Shown here: positions 8,724 through 18,059 of the stretch, piece after piece
Layout: the number at the start of each line of letters is the position of its first letter
Position numbering within the stretch: position 1 is the stretch's first letter
Origin: an uncultured bacterium
GTDB taxonomy: Bacteria; Krumholzibacteriota; Krumholzibacteriia; LZORAL124-64-63
Direction: 5' to 3'
Assembly (NCBI GenBank): GCA_937910695.1
Contig: CALEMW010000148.1
Span: forward strand, 237 to 64,236
DNA length: 64,000 nt
Translations under genes and position numbers: made by a program
Notes under the pieces: model-generated
Databases searched by the model: none
Told to the model about the DNA's origin: nothing
Seen by the model: only the letters and a program-made list of their open reading frames with translations

Positions 8724-11521
8724 GGTATGAGGGTCAAGCTCCTGGTGAAGGTCATGCCGTTCGCGGCGAGTCTGACAATGTAACGGCCGGCGGACAACCG
8801 GCGGCCCTGTTCGTCGCTGCCGTCCCAATGGATGATGCGCAGGCCCGGCCCCAGCTTCCAGCTGCGAAGACGCCGGCCGCGGAGATCGAAAAGGGCCAAG
8901 GCGCCTTCCCCGACGTCCGTCTGAAGTCGGAGTTGCACCGAAGCGCCGGAGCGGATTGGATTGGGCCAGATGGTGACGACGGGGTCGGCTGTCGCCACAG
9001 CTCCTCGTGCGGCGATACCGGCGCTGCGCGACCGCAGGATCAACCCAGGAGAATCATGGACCAGGCGCACATCCCAGAAGTCAACTCCGTCGGTGTCCAA
9101 CACGGCTATCAGGTCATCATGTGCGATGGCCGTTGCCAGCGGGTTCAGATTCACTGTGGTCCAGGTGGAGCCGCCTCCGGCACGGACCTCGAAGCGACGG
9201 TACGCCATGGCGGAGCCCGGCCAATGAGGTTGCCACACACCGTCTGGGCCGTCGATCTGTTCCAGGCGGAACGCGTCCGGATCAGCGACCGGCGTGATCG
9301 AACGCAGAAACCAGCCGCGTCCCCGCCACAAGGAGTCGCTCGCGAAGCGGAATCGGAGACGCACGTCGCCGGGCGGCAGATCCGAAGTCTCGAAGGTGGC
9401 GACATCCCAGTAGGGCCGGTTGTCCGGGTCGAGTTCGCCCTCACCGACGAAGGCCTCGCGAGTACGGAGAGCCCCCGAGCTCCAACCGGCGATGCGGTCC
9501 GGATAGCCGAGCACCGGCACGAGGGGAATGGCGCTGCCGTCGGCGAGAATCGCTTCGACGACGGCGCCGTCGGGATCGGCGCCCCCCGTCGTCTCGGCCG
9601 TGTCGAGGTGATGGACCAGAACAAAGCCCGCGCCGGGTTGGAAGGGCGGGCTGAGCAGCGAGGCGTCGGCACCGTTGTCGTAGCCGACGTCGGGCCAGTC
9701 GGCCGGTACGACGGTTGTTGATGTCAGAGCTAAGACGTGGACGTCTTGCGGAGCGATTCCGCCTTCGCAGAGCCACCGCTTCCAGGCCGTAGTGGCCGTG
9801 CCTTGGGTATCCGAGGACCAGAGACGCCAGATCTCATCATTCTGAAAGTTCAGAAGCGAAACGGCGCCGGGGAGGGTCTGGGACCAGCGTGCATCGTAGA
9901 TGACATCGCCGTCGGCGGTCATGCACACATCCGCCGCCCAGGTGGTACCGGGCTCCGTGCTTTCGGGGATCCAGGCAATGGGTGACGGCGGCGACCAGAG
10001 ATGCACCGCCGCCGTCAGTTCGGTTTCGTAGACCTCACCGCCGATGAAAGAACCCCCTTCGGGATTGTCCAACCGAAGCATCAGTACAGCGGGGGGCGTT
10101 CCTTGAAGTTCTGCCTGAACTCGCATCTGGAACTGATCCGGAAGATCGGTGGCCGTAACAATTTCGGCACTCAGACTCGCAAGCAGACCGGGTGCTTGCC
10201 ACGTGCAGGCGATACCGTCGTTGATCGACGTGATCTCGGCAACGGTCGCTCCGGTGTCGGCCGCGTAGCCATCGGAGGAAGGCGTCGTGATCGGTGACCA
10301 GAGTCCCGTACTGCCGTCCGAGGGAAACATGTCCTCGGCGACGCCCAGATCGAGCGCTTGCGCCACGCTCTGGTTCCCGTCGGCTTCGACCAGTCGCACT
10401 CGCAGATGCCGAGCAGAGGGATTCGAAGAGGACTGGCCGTCTTCGGGTACATCCTCGTCGACATGGTAGATCAGCAGGCGGTTCGCTGGTACGGCGGCAT
10501 CGAAAGGTGCAGCGCCGCCCCGCGACTCGAGCAGGAAGTACTCCCGTCCCTCGCTGCCGGTGATGTCGATACGCCAGGCTGTCGCTGCATCGGGGTTGGC
10601 ACCCAGATGAGCCGTTCCGTTGGCGGCGCCGTGGAGCGTCTGGGTGTCGACCCAGCCAAGCTGTACAGAGCTGTAGGCGTCAAGCAGCGCCGCGCCGGAG
10701 CCGTCGCCGATCCCCCGGTGTCCCGCCGCCATCAGGCTGAACACGCCGAGACCGCCCCAGCCGACTTCTGCCAACGCCTCGTCGGGAGCGCTGAGGTAGA
10801 GATCGTATCGGTCCTCGAGGCCGAGCAGATGCGCCGTCTCGTGGAGCCAGATTCCGAGTCCGCTGCGCAGGCTCGCCACCGCATAGCTTCGGGCCACGAT
10901 GCCGCGATGAACAACCGGCTCGGCAAGCCAATACTGAAGGGGAATGATGAGCCCGTTCAACACGTCGTTCTCCAGGCCCGGCGCGGCATGGAGGATCAGC
11001 ACGCCGTCCACCTCGCCGTCGTCGTCGCCCGAGTTGGCGAGGCCGTCGGGGCCGTCGCCGTCGACACGGGTGAAGGGCACCCAGGAACGGGTCACTGACA
11101 GTGCTTCGGTGGCCATGGCGCGAGATCGTACCGCATCGCCGCCGAGGTCGCGGTCGGAATAATCAAGTCGGCGGCCATTGAGATGCACCGGCGGTGCAAG
11201 CAGCGTCGTCAGGTGAAGACGGCCTGCCGATGCAGAGGAGAAGAAGGTTTCCAAGGATTCGCCGTCACCGGACAGCCGACGGCTGACACCAGTCCAGTCC
11301 GTCGTCGTGTCGAAGCGTTGGTCAGCGAAGTCAACGGGGATGACAAGCAAACGGAACTGCTGCACGACACCGGCGTCGGCCGCGGACCTGAGCGCCAAGC
11401 GCTTGGCTTCGCGCAGACCACCGAGGTCAGAGGCGGCAATCCCCGAAGCCCACAGCAAGACGGCCGTCCCCAGAAGGACGGCCGCGCTGAGTCGGTGAGG
11501 GATTCCGCATAAGCGGTTCAT
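8720..11521 (-). CDS. Secreted M6 (immune inhibitor A-like) metalloprotease with C-terminal FlgD-Ig/T9SS-like sorting domain
   Basis: HETAHLLGLEDRYD (HExxH), SLMAAG, EYFLLE, LIYHVDE; tail WPNP...FDLRGRR...WDGSDEQGRRLSAGRYIVRL. Confidence 0.85.
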   Translation of the reverse strand: MNRLCGIPHRLSAAVLLGTAVLLWASGIAASDLGGLREAKRLALRSAADAGVVQQFRLLVIPVDFADQRFDTTTDWTGVSRRLSGDGESLETFFSSASAGRLHLTTLLAPPVHLNGRRLDYSDRDLGGDAVRSRAMATEALSVTRSWVPFTRVDGDGPDGLANSGDDDGEVDGVLILHAAPGLENDVLNGLIIPLQYWLAEPVVHRGIVARSYAVASLRSGLGIWLHETAHLLGLEDRYDLYLSAPDEALAEVGWGGLGVFSLMAAGHRGIGDGSGAALLDAYSSVQLGWVDTQTLHGAANGTAHLGANPDAATAWRIDITGSEGREYFLLESRGGAAPFDAAVPANRLLIYHVDEDVPEDGQSSSNPSARHLRVRLVEADGNQSVAQALDLGVAEDMFPSDGSTGLWSPITTPSSDGYAADTGATVAEITSINDGIACTWQAPGLLASLSAEIVTATDLPDQFQMRVQAELQGTPPAVLMLRLDNPEGGSFIGGEVYETELTAAVHLWSPPSPIAWIPESTEPGTTWAADVCMTADGDVIYDARWSQTLPGAVSLLNFQNDEIWRLWSSDTQGTATTAWKRWLCEGGIAPQDVHVLALTSTTVVPADWPDVGYDNGADASLLSPPFQPGAGFVLVHHLDTAETTGGADPDGAVVEAILADGSAIPLVPVLGYPDRIAGWSSGALRTREAFVGEGELDPDNRPYWDVATFETSDLPPGDVRLRFRFASDSLWRGRGWFLRSITPVADPDAFRLEQIDGPDGVWQPHWPGSAMAYRRFEVRAGGGSTWTTVNLNPLATAIAHDDLIAVLDTDGVDFWDVRLVHDSPGLILRSRSAGIAARGAVATADPVVTIWPNPIRSGASVQLRLQTDVGEGALALFDLRGRRLRSWKLGPGLRIIHWDGSDEQGRRLSAGRYIVRLAANGMTFTRSLTLIP

Positions 11522-11529
11522 CTTTTTGA

Positions 11530-13089
11530 TCACTCCCACTCGATGGTGCTCGGCGGCTTGCTGCTGATGTCGTACACCACGCGGTTGATGCCCGGGACCT
11601 CGTTAATGATACGGTTGCTGATCCGCGCGAGCACGTCGTTGGGGATGCGGGCCCAATCCGCGGTCATGCCGTCCATACTCGTGACCGCCCGCAGGGCGAC
11701 GGCGTATTCGTAGGTGCGCTGGTCGCCCATCACGCCGACGGTCTGGACCGGCAGCAGAACTGCGCCAGCCTGCCAGATCTTTGTGTACTGGCCGCTGGCG
11801 TGCAACTCCTCGATGTAGATGTGATCGGCCTCCTGGAGCAGCCGCACCTTGTCGCGGTCCACGGCGCCGAGGATCCGTACGCCGAGGCCGGGGCCCGGGA
11901 ACGGGTGGCGCATGAGCAGCGCGTCGGGAATGTCGAGGCTGCGCCCCACGCGGCGGACTTCGTCTTTGAAGAGATCCTTCAGCGGCTCGATGAGCTCGAA
12001 GCCCAACTCCGCCGGCAATCCGCCCACGTTGTGATGGGTCTTGATGACGTGGCTCGGACCGTTCACCGACACCGATTCGATGCGGTCGGGGTACAGGGTC
12101 CCCTGGGCCAGGAAATCGAAGTCGCCGAGGTCGCGGGTTGCCGACTTGAAGACCTCGATGAAGGTGTTGCCGATGATCTTGCGCTTGCGCTCGGGCTCGG
12201 CCACGCCCTCGAGACGGTTGAGGAACTGGTTGCGGGCGTCGACGCGCAGGATGGGACGGTGCAGGAAGCCGTTGAGCGAATGCTCTACCTGGCTGGCCTC
12301 GCCCAGACGCAGCAGGCCGTTGTCGACGAACACCGTATGGAGCTGCTCGCCGATGGCCTTGTCCAGGATGGCGGCCACGACGGTGGAGTCTACTCCCCCC
12401 GAAACGCCGCACAGCACCTTGCGGTCGCCGACCTGCTCGCGGATCTCGGAAATAGCTTCGTCCACGAACATGCTGGCCGACCATTCCTCGGACACTCCGC
12501 ACAAGTCGCGGACGAAGTTCTTCAAGAGTGTCATACCGTGCTGGGTGTGGACGACCTCGGGATGGAACTGCACACACCAGAATTTCCGATCGGGATCGGC
12601 GGCGGCGGCGTAGGGTATCGACTCGCTGCTGGCGATCACCCGGAAGCCCGTCGGCAGAGCGCCGACGCGGTCGCCGTGACTCATCCACACGCCTTGACTC
12701 GCCGGGGTGCCGTGAAAGAATCCCGCTTCGTCCTCTACGTGGATGGTGGCCGGGCCATACTCGCGTTTGTCGGAGGCCTCGATGCGTCCGCCGAGTTTCT
12801 TGGCCAACAGCTGCATCCCGTAGCAGATGCCCAGGATCGGCACGCCCGCGGTGAGCACGTCGTCGCCCACGTCCGGCGCACCAGCATCGGAGACCGAAGA
12901 CGGCCCGCCCGACAACACGATGCCCTTCACTTCCGGCCGACCCAGCACGTCCTGATAACGATGGTACGGATAGATCTGGCTGAACACGCCGACTTCGCGC
13001 AGACGGCGCGCGATGAGCTGGGTGTACTGCGAGCCGAAGTCCAGCACGGCGATCTCATCGTGGACGTGATGGGCGGCGTTGGCGTTCAT
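11530..13089 (-). CDS. guaA: GMP synthase (glutamine-hydrolysing)
   Basis: LDFGSQYTQLI, GICYGMQ, SGGVDS, IKTHHNVGG and SKPPSTIEWE. Confidence 0.99.
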   Translation of the reverse strand: MNANAAHHVHDEIAVLDFGSQYTQLIARRLREVGVFSQIYPYHRYQDVLGRPEVKGIVLSGGPSSVSDAGAPDVGDDVLTAGVPILGICYGMQLLAKKLGGRIEASDKREYGPATIHVEDEAGFFHGTPASQGVWMSHGDRVGALPTGFRVIASSESIPYAAAADPDRKFWCVQFHPEVVHTQHGMTLLKNFVRDLCGVSEEWSASMFVDEAISEIREQVGDRKVLCGVSGGVDSTVVAAILDKAIGEQLHTVFVDNGLLRLGEASQVEHSLNGFLHRPILRVDARNQFLNRLEGVAEPERKRKIIGNTFIEVFKSATRDLGDFDFLAQGTLYPDRIESVSVNGPSHVIKTHHNVGGLPAELGFELIEPLKDLFKDEVRRVGRSLDIPDALLMRHPFPGPGLGVRILGAVDRDKVRLLQEADHIYIEELHASGQYTKIWQAGAVLLPVQTVGVMGDQRTYEYAVALRAVTSMDGMTADWARIPNDVLARISNRIINEVPGINRVVYDISSKPPSTIEWE

Positions 13090-13101
13090 CGAGCCTCCGG
13101 A

Positions 13102-14646
13102 TCAGTGGCGGAAATGCCGCCGGCTTGTGTGGATCAGGGTCATGCCCAGTTCTTCGGCCTTGGCGACAACCTCGTCGTCGCGGATCGATCCCGAAGGAGC
13201 GATGGCCGCCCGGATCCCCGCGGCATGGAGCTGCTCGAGGCTGTCGGGGAAAGGGAAGAATGCATCGGAGGCACACACGGCGCCGCCGAGAGCCAGTCCC
13301 TGCTCCCCCGCCTTGCGCACGGCGATCTTCGTGGAGTCGACCCGGCTCATCTGCCCGGCGCCGATGCCCAGCGTACCGGTCGCATCGCCCAGGACGATGG
13401 CGTTGCTCTTGACGTGCTTGCAGACCTTCCAGTTCAACACGAGGGCGTCGTGCACATCCGGCGTCGGCGCGGGGCCCGCGGCGAGGGTCCAGTCGTCCAG
13501 TTCGGGGAAATCGAGGTCCTCGTCCTGAAACAAGGCCACTTCGCCGAAGGAGACGCTGCGGCCTGCGGTCGTTGCGCCGAAGACGTCGAGGTCGACGCTC
13601 AGGACCCGCAGGTTCTTCTTCTTGCACAGAACAGCCATGGCCTCGTCGCTGTACGAAGGCGCGACGATCACCTCGCAGAACCTCTTGCTCAGCACTTCGA
13701 CAACGGCGGCGTCCACCTCGGTTGTGAAGGCGAAGATGCCGCCGAAGGCCGATTCCGGATCGCAGAGCAGGGCCCGTTCGAGGGCTGCGGCCGCCGTCGC
13801 GCCGACGCCGACGCCGCAGGGATTGGTGTGCTTGATCGCAGCGCAAGCAATGCCGCCGAAATCGTCCACCATCTTCACCGCGGCGATCAGATCGATCAGG
13901 TTGTTGTAGGACAGCTCTTTGCCGTTCCACTGCTTCAGACCGATGCCGCTGAGCGGCCCGTCGTCGCCGATCGGTACGATGGCTTCGGCCTTCTGGTGGG
14001 GGTTCTCGCCGTAGCGCAATTCGAGCAGGTTCTGCTCGGCGGCGGCGTCCTCACCCATGAACCAGTCCGAGATGGCGGCGTCGTAGTCGAGGACCATCTC
14101 GAAAGTCTGCACAGCCATGCGCCGACGGAAAGAGAGGTCGGGCAGACCGCCTCCGTCACGACACTCGTCCGCGAAGTCCTCGTAGTAGTCGGGGCTCGGC
14201 AGAACGCACACGCGCTGGTAGTTCTTGGCCGCCGCCCGCAGCAGCGAGGGGCCGCCGATGTCGATCTTCTCGATCACGCCGGCTTCATCGTCGCCGGATT
14301 CGACCGCCGCCTGGAACTGGTACAAGTTCACCACCACCACGTCGACCGGAGTGAGTCCGTGCTCCGCGACAGCCGGGAACTCAGTTACGCTCTTGCCGAG
14401 GATGCCGCCGAAGATCAGTGGGTGAAGCGTTTTGACGCGTCCGCCGAAGACTTCCGGGAAGCCCGTTACTTCGCTGACGTCGATCACATCGTAACCGTGT
14501 TCGCGCAACCAGGTCGCGGTGCCGCCGCTGGCGACCATTTCGTAATCGTACTCGCGCAGGGCGTCGGCCACGATATCGAGATCCGTCTTGTCGGTGACGC
14601 TCAACACGGCGCGGCGCCGACGGTTCAACTCAGGACCGACTGCCAT
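13102..14646 (-). CDS. purH: Bifunctional AICAR transformylase/IMP cyclohydrolase
   Basis: GGRVKTLHP, IDIGGP, LRYGENPHQ, SDAFFPF and terminal RHFRH. Start reset to MAVGPEL after a GGAGG RBS. Confidence 0.98.
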   Translation of the reverse strand: MAVGPELNRRRRAVLSVTDKTDLDIVADALREYDYEMVASGGTATWLREHGYDVIDVSEVTGFPEVFGGRVKTLHPLIFGGILGKSVTEFPAVAEHGLTPVDVVVVNLYQFQAAVESGDDEAGVIEKIDIGGPSLLRAAAKNYQRVCVLPSPDYYEDFADECRDGGGLPDLSFRRRMAVQTFEMVLDYDAAISDWFMGEDAAAEQNLLELRYGENPHQKAEAIVPIGDDGPLSGIGLKQWNGKELSYNNLIDLIAAVKMVDDFGGIACAAIKHTNPCGVGVGATAAAALERALLCDPESAFGGIFAFTTEVDAAVVEVLSKRFCEVIVAPSYSDEAMAVLCKKKNLRVLSVDLDVFGATTAGRSVSFGEVALFQDEDLDFPELDDWTLAAGPAPTPDVHDALVLNWKVCKHVKSNAIVLGDATGTLGIGAGQMSRVDSTKIAVRKAGEQGLALGGAVCASDAFFPFPDSLEQLHAAGIRAAIAPSGSIRDDEVVAKAEELGMTLIHTSRRHFRH

Positions 14647-15530
14647 CGGGCTACCTCCTCGGGAAACAGGATGTCGAGGACCTCGCGATAACGGCGGGCC
14701 GTGTGCTCGAGCACCTCGTCCGGCAAGTGCGGGGGTGGATAGGTCTTGTCCCAATCCAGGGTGTCGAGATGATTGCGGAGAATCTGTTTGTCCCAGCTCG
14801 GCGGCTCTTCTCCGGGGACATGATCGGCAGCCGGCCAGAAACGGCTCGAGTCCGGCGTGAGGACTTCGTCGATCAACACGATGCGTCCGTCGATTTTGCC
14901 GAACTCGAACTTCGTGTCGGCGATGAGCACACCACGGTCGGCGGCGTAGTCGGCGCCGGTGCCGTAGATCTTCAGGGTGAGGTCGCGGAGTGTCGAGGCG
15001 TCGGCTTCGCCGATCGTCACACAGGCTTCCTCGAAGGAGATGTTCTCGTCGTGGCCCTGCTCCGCCTTCGTCGAAGGCGTGAAGAGGATTTCGGGAAGCA
15101 GCTGGCTCTTGAGCAGCCCCTGGGGCAGAACGTGATCGCAGATGTGACCCTCGGCCTGGTAAGAGCGCCAGCCCGACCCGGTGATGTAACCGCGTGCGAT
15201 GCACTCCACTGGGAAGGCTGCGGCCTTGCGGACCAGCATGCTGCGGCCGGCCAGGGCGTCGCGATGATCCGCAAACGGTGCTGGGAATTGCTCAGGATCA
15301 GCCGTGACGAGATGATTGGGTACGTCCGGAAACAGCTTGAGCCAGGCCAAGGTCATGATCGTCAGCATGCAGCCGCGGCCGGGCACGAGCTGGTCCATGA
15401 CGACGTCGTAAGCGGAAATCCGGTCGGTGGCGACGATGAAGAGCTGGTCGCCGAGATCGAAGATCTCGCGTACCTTGCCGGTCCGGTCCGGCGAAAGGCC
15501 GAGATCGACCGTGCTGCGCAGCGCGTTCAT
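14625..15530 (-). CDS. purC: SAICAR synthase
   Basis: GKVRE, TDRISAYD, ADTKFEFG and DEVLTPDSSRFW. Confidence 0.98.
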   Translation of the reverse strand: MNALRSTVDLGLSPDRTGKVREIFDLGDQLFIVATDRISAYDVVMDQLVPGRGCMLTIMTLAWLKLFPDVPNHLVTADPEQFPAPFADHRDALAGRSMLVRKAAAFPVECIARGYITGSGWRSYQAEGHICDHVLPQGLLKSQLLPEILFTPSTKAEQGHDENISFEEACVTIGEADASTLRDLTLKIYGTGADYAADRGVLIADTKFEFGKIDGRIVLIDEVLTPDSSRFWPAADHVPGEEPPSWDKQILRNHLDTLDWDKTYPPPHLPDEVLEHTARRYREVLDILFPEEVARWQSVLS

Positions 15531-15577
15531 GGGGCTCCCGTTTCGCTGGAAGGTCGTGGAGGTCCGTCGGAGCGGGC

Positions 15578-15606
15578 ATGGTACGAACCGTGTCCGTAGG
15601 TGTCAA
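15578..15606 (-). promoter_or_regulatory. Sigma70 promoter for purC-purH-guaA
   Basis: TTGACA-N17-TACCAT, about 50 nt upstream of purC. Confidence 0.75.
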
Positions 15607-18059
15607 GGCGGGGCTGCTGCAGTGTCGCTGTTGCGAGCCGCCCGCACCACAGGCGGGCCTGATTCCGGCCATAGAACCATGAGGCTGCCGAGCAGATCCG
15701 TACGCAGCGACGGGATGGGCTCTCCCCCGGCCAGGAATGGGCCGTGGCTGGGGTGTCCATGCCGACTGGCGAGTCCGCAGCTGATGAGAATCAGTCGTGG
15801 ACGCACGCGATCGAGGAGTTCCTGTCCACTCGACGTCCGGCTCCCATGGTGGCCTGCCTTGAAGATCGCACCGGGCTCCGGAAACCCTTCCGGCAGGGCT
15901 GCCAGCAGTCTCTGTTCACCTTCATGCTCCAGATCTCCAGTCCAGAGACCGGCCAAGCGGCCGTTTCTGAACAAGCCGAGGGCCAGAGAACGGTCGTTCT
16001 CATGTTCTGCGACCTCAGAATCGCCGTTGTCGAGACAGACCAGGGCCCAAGTTCCCACGGCGTGAAGAGTGTCCCCAGTACTCGGCCGTGCGATGAAGGT
16101 GTCCGGCGTGCCCGCAGGAGCACGGCAACTCCCTCCCAGCCACCAGCGGGCGACTGGAATCGCGGCGGCGATGCGTGAGGCCGCCCCGTCGTGATCGGAG
16201 TGAGCATGGGTCAGGACGATACCGGCCAAGCCGCGTACTCCGCGGCGCCGCAGCCACGGCAGCAGATCGCGAACGGCGGGCGCACCACCACCTTCCCAGC
16301 ACTCGCCCGTGTCTACCAACAGGGCCGAACCGTCGGGAAAGAGGAACGCCGCCGCGTCTCCCTGCCCGACGTCGGCCTGCAGCACCATCATGGACCCGTC
16401 GCCGGAATTGGGCAGGAAGGGCCAGAGGGTCAAGAGGACGGCCAGCCCGATTCGACGGGGCCCGCGGTTCAGACACCAGCCCGAAAGCACCACGAGCCAA
16501 CCGAGCCAACGCAGAGCACCCCAGGGCATCAATCCCGGTGGGGCGGCGAGAGTATGGGCCAACGCCGAGGCTGCTGCTTCCATACTGCGCAGCAGTAGCC
16601 AAGACCATGAACACAGCCCGTCCCCGACCCATGGGACCCAAGACAAGGCTACACCCCCGACGGCGCACCACACACCCAGCCCGAACAGTGGTACCGCCAC
16701 CAGATTGACCAGCGGGGCCCATGGCGAGAGCCAGCCGAACGAGCGGGCGACTTCGGGCGCCGTCAGGCACTGGGCACCCAGACTGACAGAAAGACCGGCC
16801 ACGAGCCAGCGTGCCCAGGCCCGAGGAGGTTTCCACGGCCGGATTCCCGCGAGCATGATGCCGGCCACAGCCAGGAACGAGAGACGCAACCCCGTATCAG
16901 ACACCGAGGCCGGCGACCATACCTGGGTGCCCCAGAATATCAGCGCCAGCAGGCGCGGCAATGCATGACGACGTCCCCACACCGGCGCCGCCAACGCCCC
17001 CGATGCCATACAGGCTGCACGAACCGTAGAAGCGGCGGCACCGGTCAGCAGCACGTACACTCCGAGTCCGAGCGAGACCAAGACCCAACGACCCACAGGT
17101 CCGAGGCCGACGGGTTTGAGGGCGAGCAGGAAGATCCCCGCCACGATCCCTACATGGAGCCCGGACACAGCAAAGAGATGCGAGAGCCCCAACGCCCCGA
17201 ACTCCGCCCGCGGTACGCCGTCGTCACGCAAGCGGCTACCCAGCAAGACGCTCTCGAACAGCGACGCCTCACGCGCCGGGAATCCTGCCTGCAGGCGCCC
17301 TGAACAGACCCGCCGCAAGGGAGAGAGGAACTTCGATCCGCAGGAGGAGATCGGATCGTCCGCGGCAACCACGACGAGCGTGTCTGTAGCCACGGCCCGC
17401 CAGCGGATGCCGCGGCCAGCGAGGAAGGCGGCTTGATCGAACCCGTCCTCGTAACCGGCGCGGGGCACCGCCGAAATACGCAAGGGACCGGCGAGGAGAT
17501 CTCCCAAACCGGGAGCGAGTCCCTCGCCAGAGAGGATCACGCCGTCGCCAGACCTGGGATCCGGCAACACATTCTGCTGGCCTGGGCTTCGCCAGTTAGC
17601 GACGACTGCAGGCACGCGCCATCTCTGCCCCGCCTGTCTGGGCCAGCCCGTCACTCTCACGACGGCGACGCCGTTGATTTCGACGCGCTCGCTCGGGGAG
17701 TGGGGATCTTGAGCCCGAACTGCGGGACAACGCTCCAGATCAGCCTCGATCAGCGCGCCCTGGAGGGAACCTCCGGCCCAACCCAACCCTGCCGCCAGGA
17801 CCATTCCACCCCAGCCCGGCACGAGAACACCAGCCACCGGCCCCAGCTGTGAGAATCGTACGGCGCCGACCCCTGTCGACGACAACGGCCAAGACACGCC
17901 GCCGGCCACGTTGCCCAAAAACCACGCGGCGCACCATGCAATCAGAACCGCCGTGCCGTGGCGGGCGGGCGACTGGGGAGCATGGCGGAGGAACGTCAGG
18001 AGGATTCGTAATGGGGCAGGGTCAGCAGAGGATCGCCGTCGGCGCGCCAGAAGTGGCAA
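15603..18059 (-). CDS. comEC: ComEC/Rec2 DNA uptake channel
   Basis: GLSHLFAVSGLHVG competence motif; MBL domain with DVGQGDA, THAHSDH, TGD and GHHGSRTSS. Confidence 0.93.
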   Translation of the reverse strand: MPLLARRRRSSADPAPLRILLTFLRHAPQSPARHGTAVLIAWCAAWFLGNVAGGVSWPLSSTGVGAVRFSQLGPVAGVLVPGWGGMVLAAGLGWAGGSLQGALIEADLERCPAVRAQDPHSPSERVEINGVAVVRVTGWPRQAGQRWRVPAVVANWRSPGQQNVLPDPRSGDGVILSGEGLAPGLGDLLAGPLRISAVPRAGYEDGFDQAAFLAGRGIRWRAVATDTLVVVAADDPISSCGSKFLSPLRRVCSGRLQAGFPAREASLFESVLLGSRLRDDGVPRAEFGALGLSHLFAVSGLHVGIVAGIFLLALKPVGLGPVGRWVLVSLGLGVYVLLTGAAASTVRAACMASGALAAPVWGRRHALPRLLALIFWGTQVWSPASVSDTGLRLSFLAVAGIMLAGIRPWKPPRAWARWLVAGLSVSLGAQCLTAPEVARSFGWLSPWAPLVNLVAVPLFGLGVWCAVGGVALSWVPWVGDGLCSWSWLLLRSMEAAASALAHTLAAPPGLMPWGALRWLGWLVVLSGWCLNRGPRRIGLAVLLTLWPFLPNSGDGSMMVLQADVGQGDAAAFLFPDGSALLVDTGECWEGGGAPAVRDLLPWLRRRGVRGLAGIVLTHAHSDHDGAASRIAAAIPVARWWLGGSCRAPAGTPDTFIARPSTGDTLHAVGTWALVCLDNGDSEVAEHENDRSLALGLFRNGRLAGLWTGDLEHEGEQRLLAALPEGFPEPGAIFKAGHHGSRTSSGQELLDRVRPRLILISCGLASRHGHPSHGPFLAGGEPIPSLRTDLLGSLMVLWPESGPPVVRAARNSDTAAAPP

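Noticed and set aside
11800-14691. 963-aa plus-strand ORF
   Set aside because: Antisense to guaA and purH; expected from high-GC codon bias; no recognisable motifs.
13102-15204. Apparent 700-aa PurH with N-terminal extension
   Set aside because: The extension overlaps purC out of frame; an RBS supports the start at 14646.
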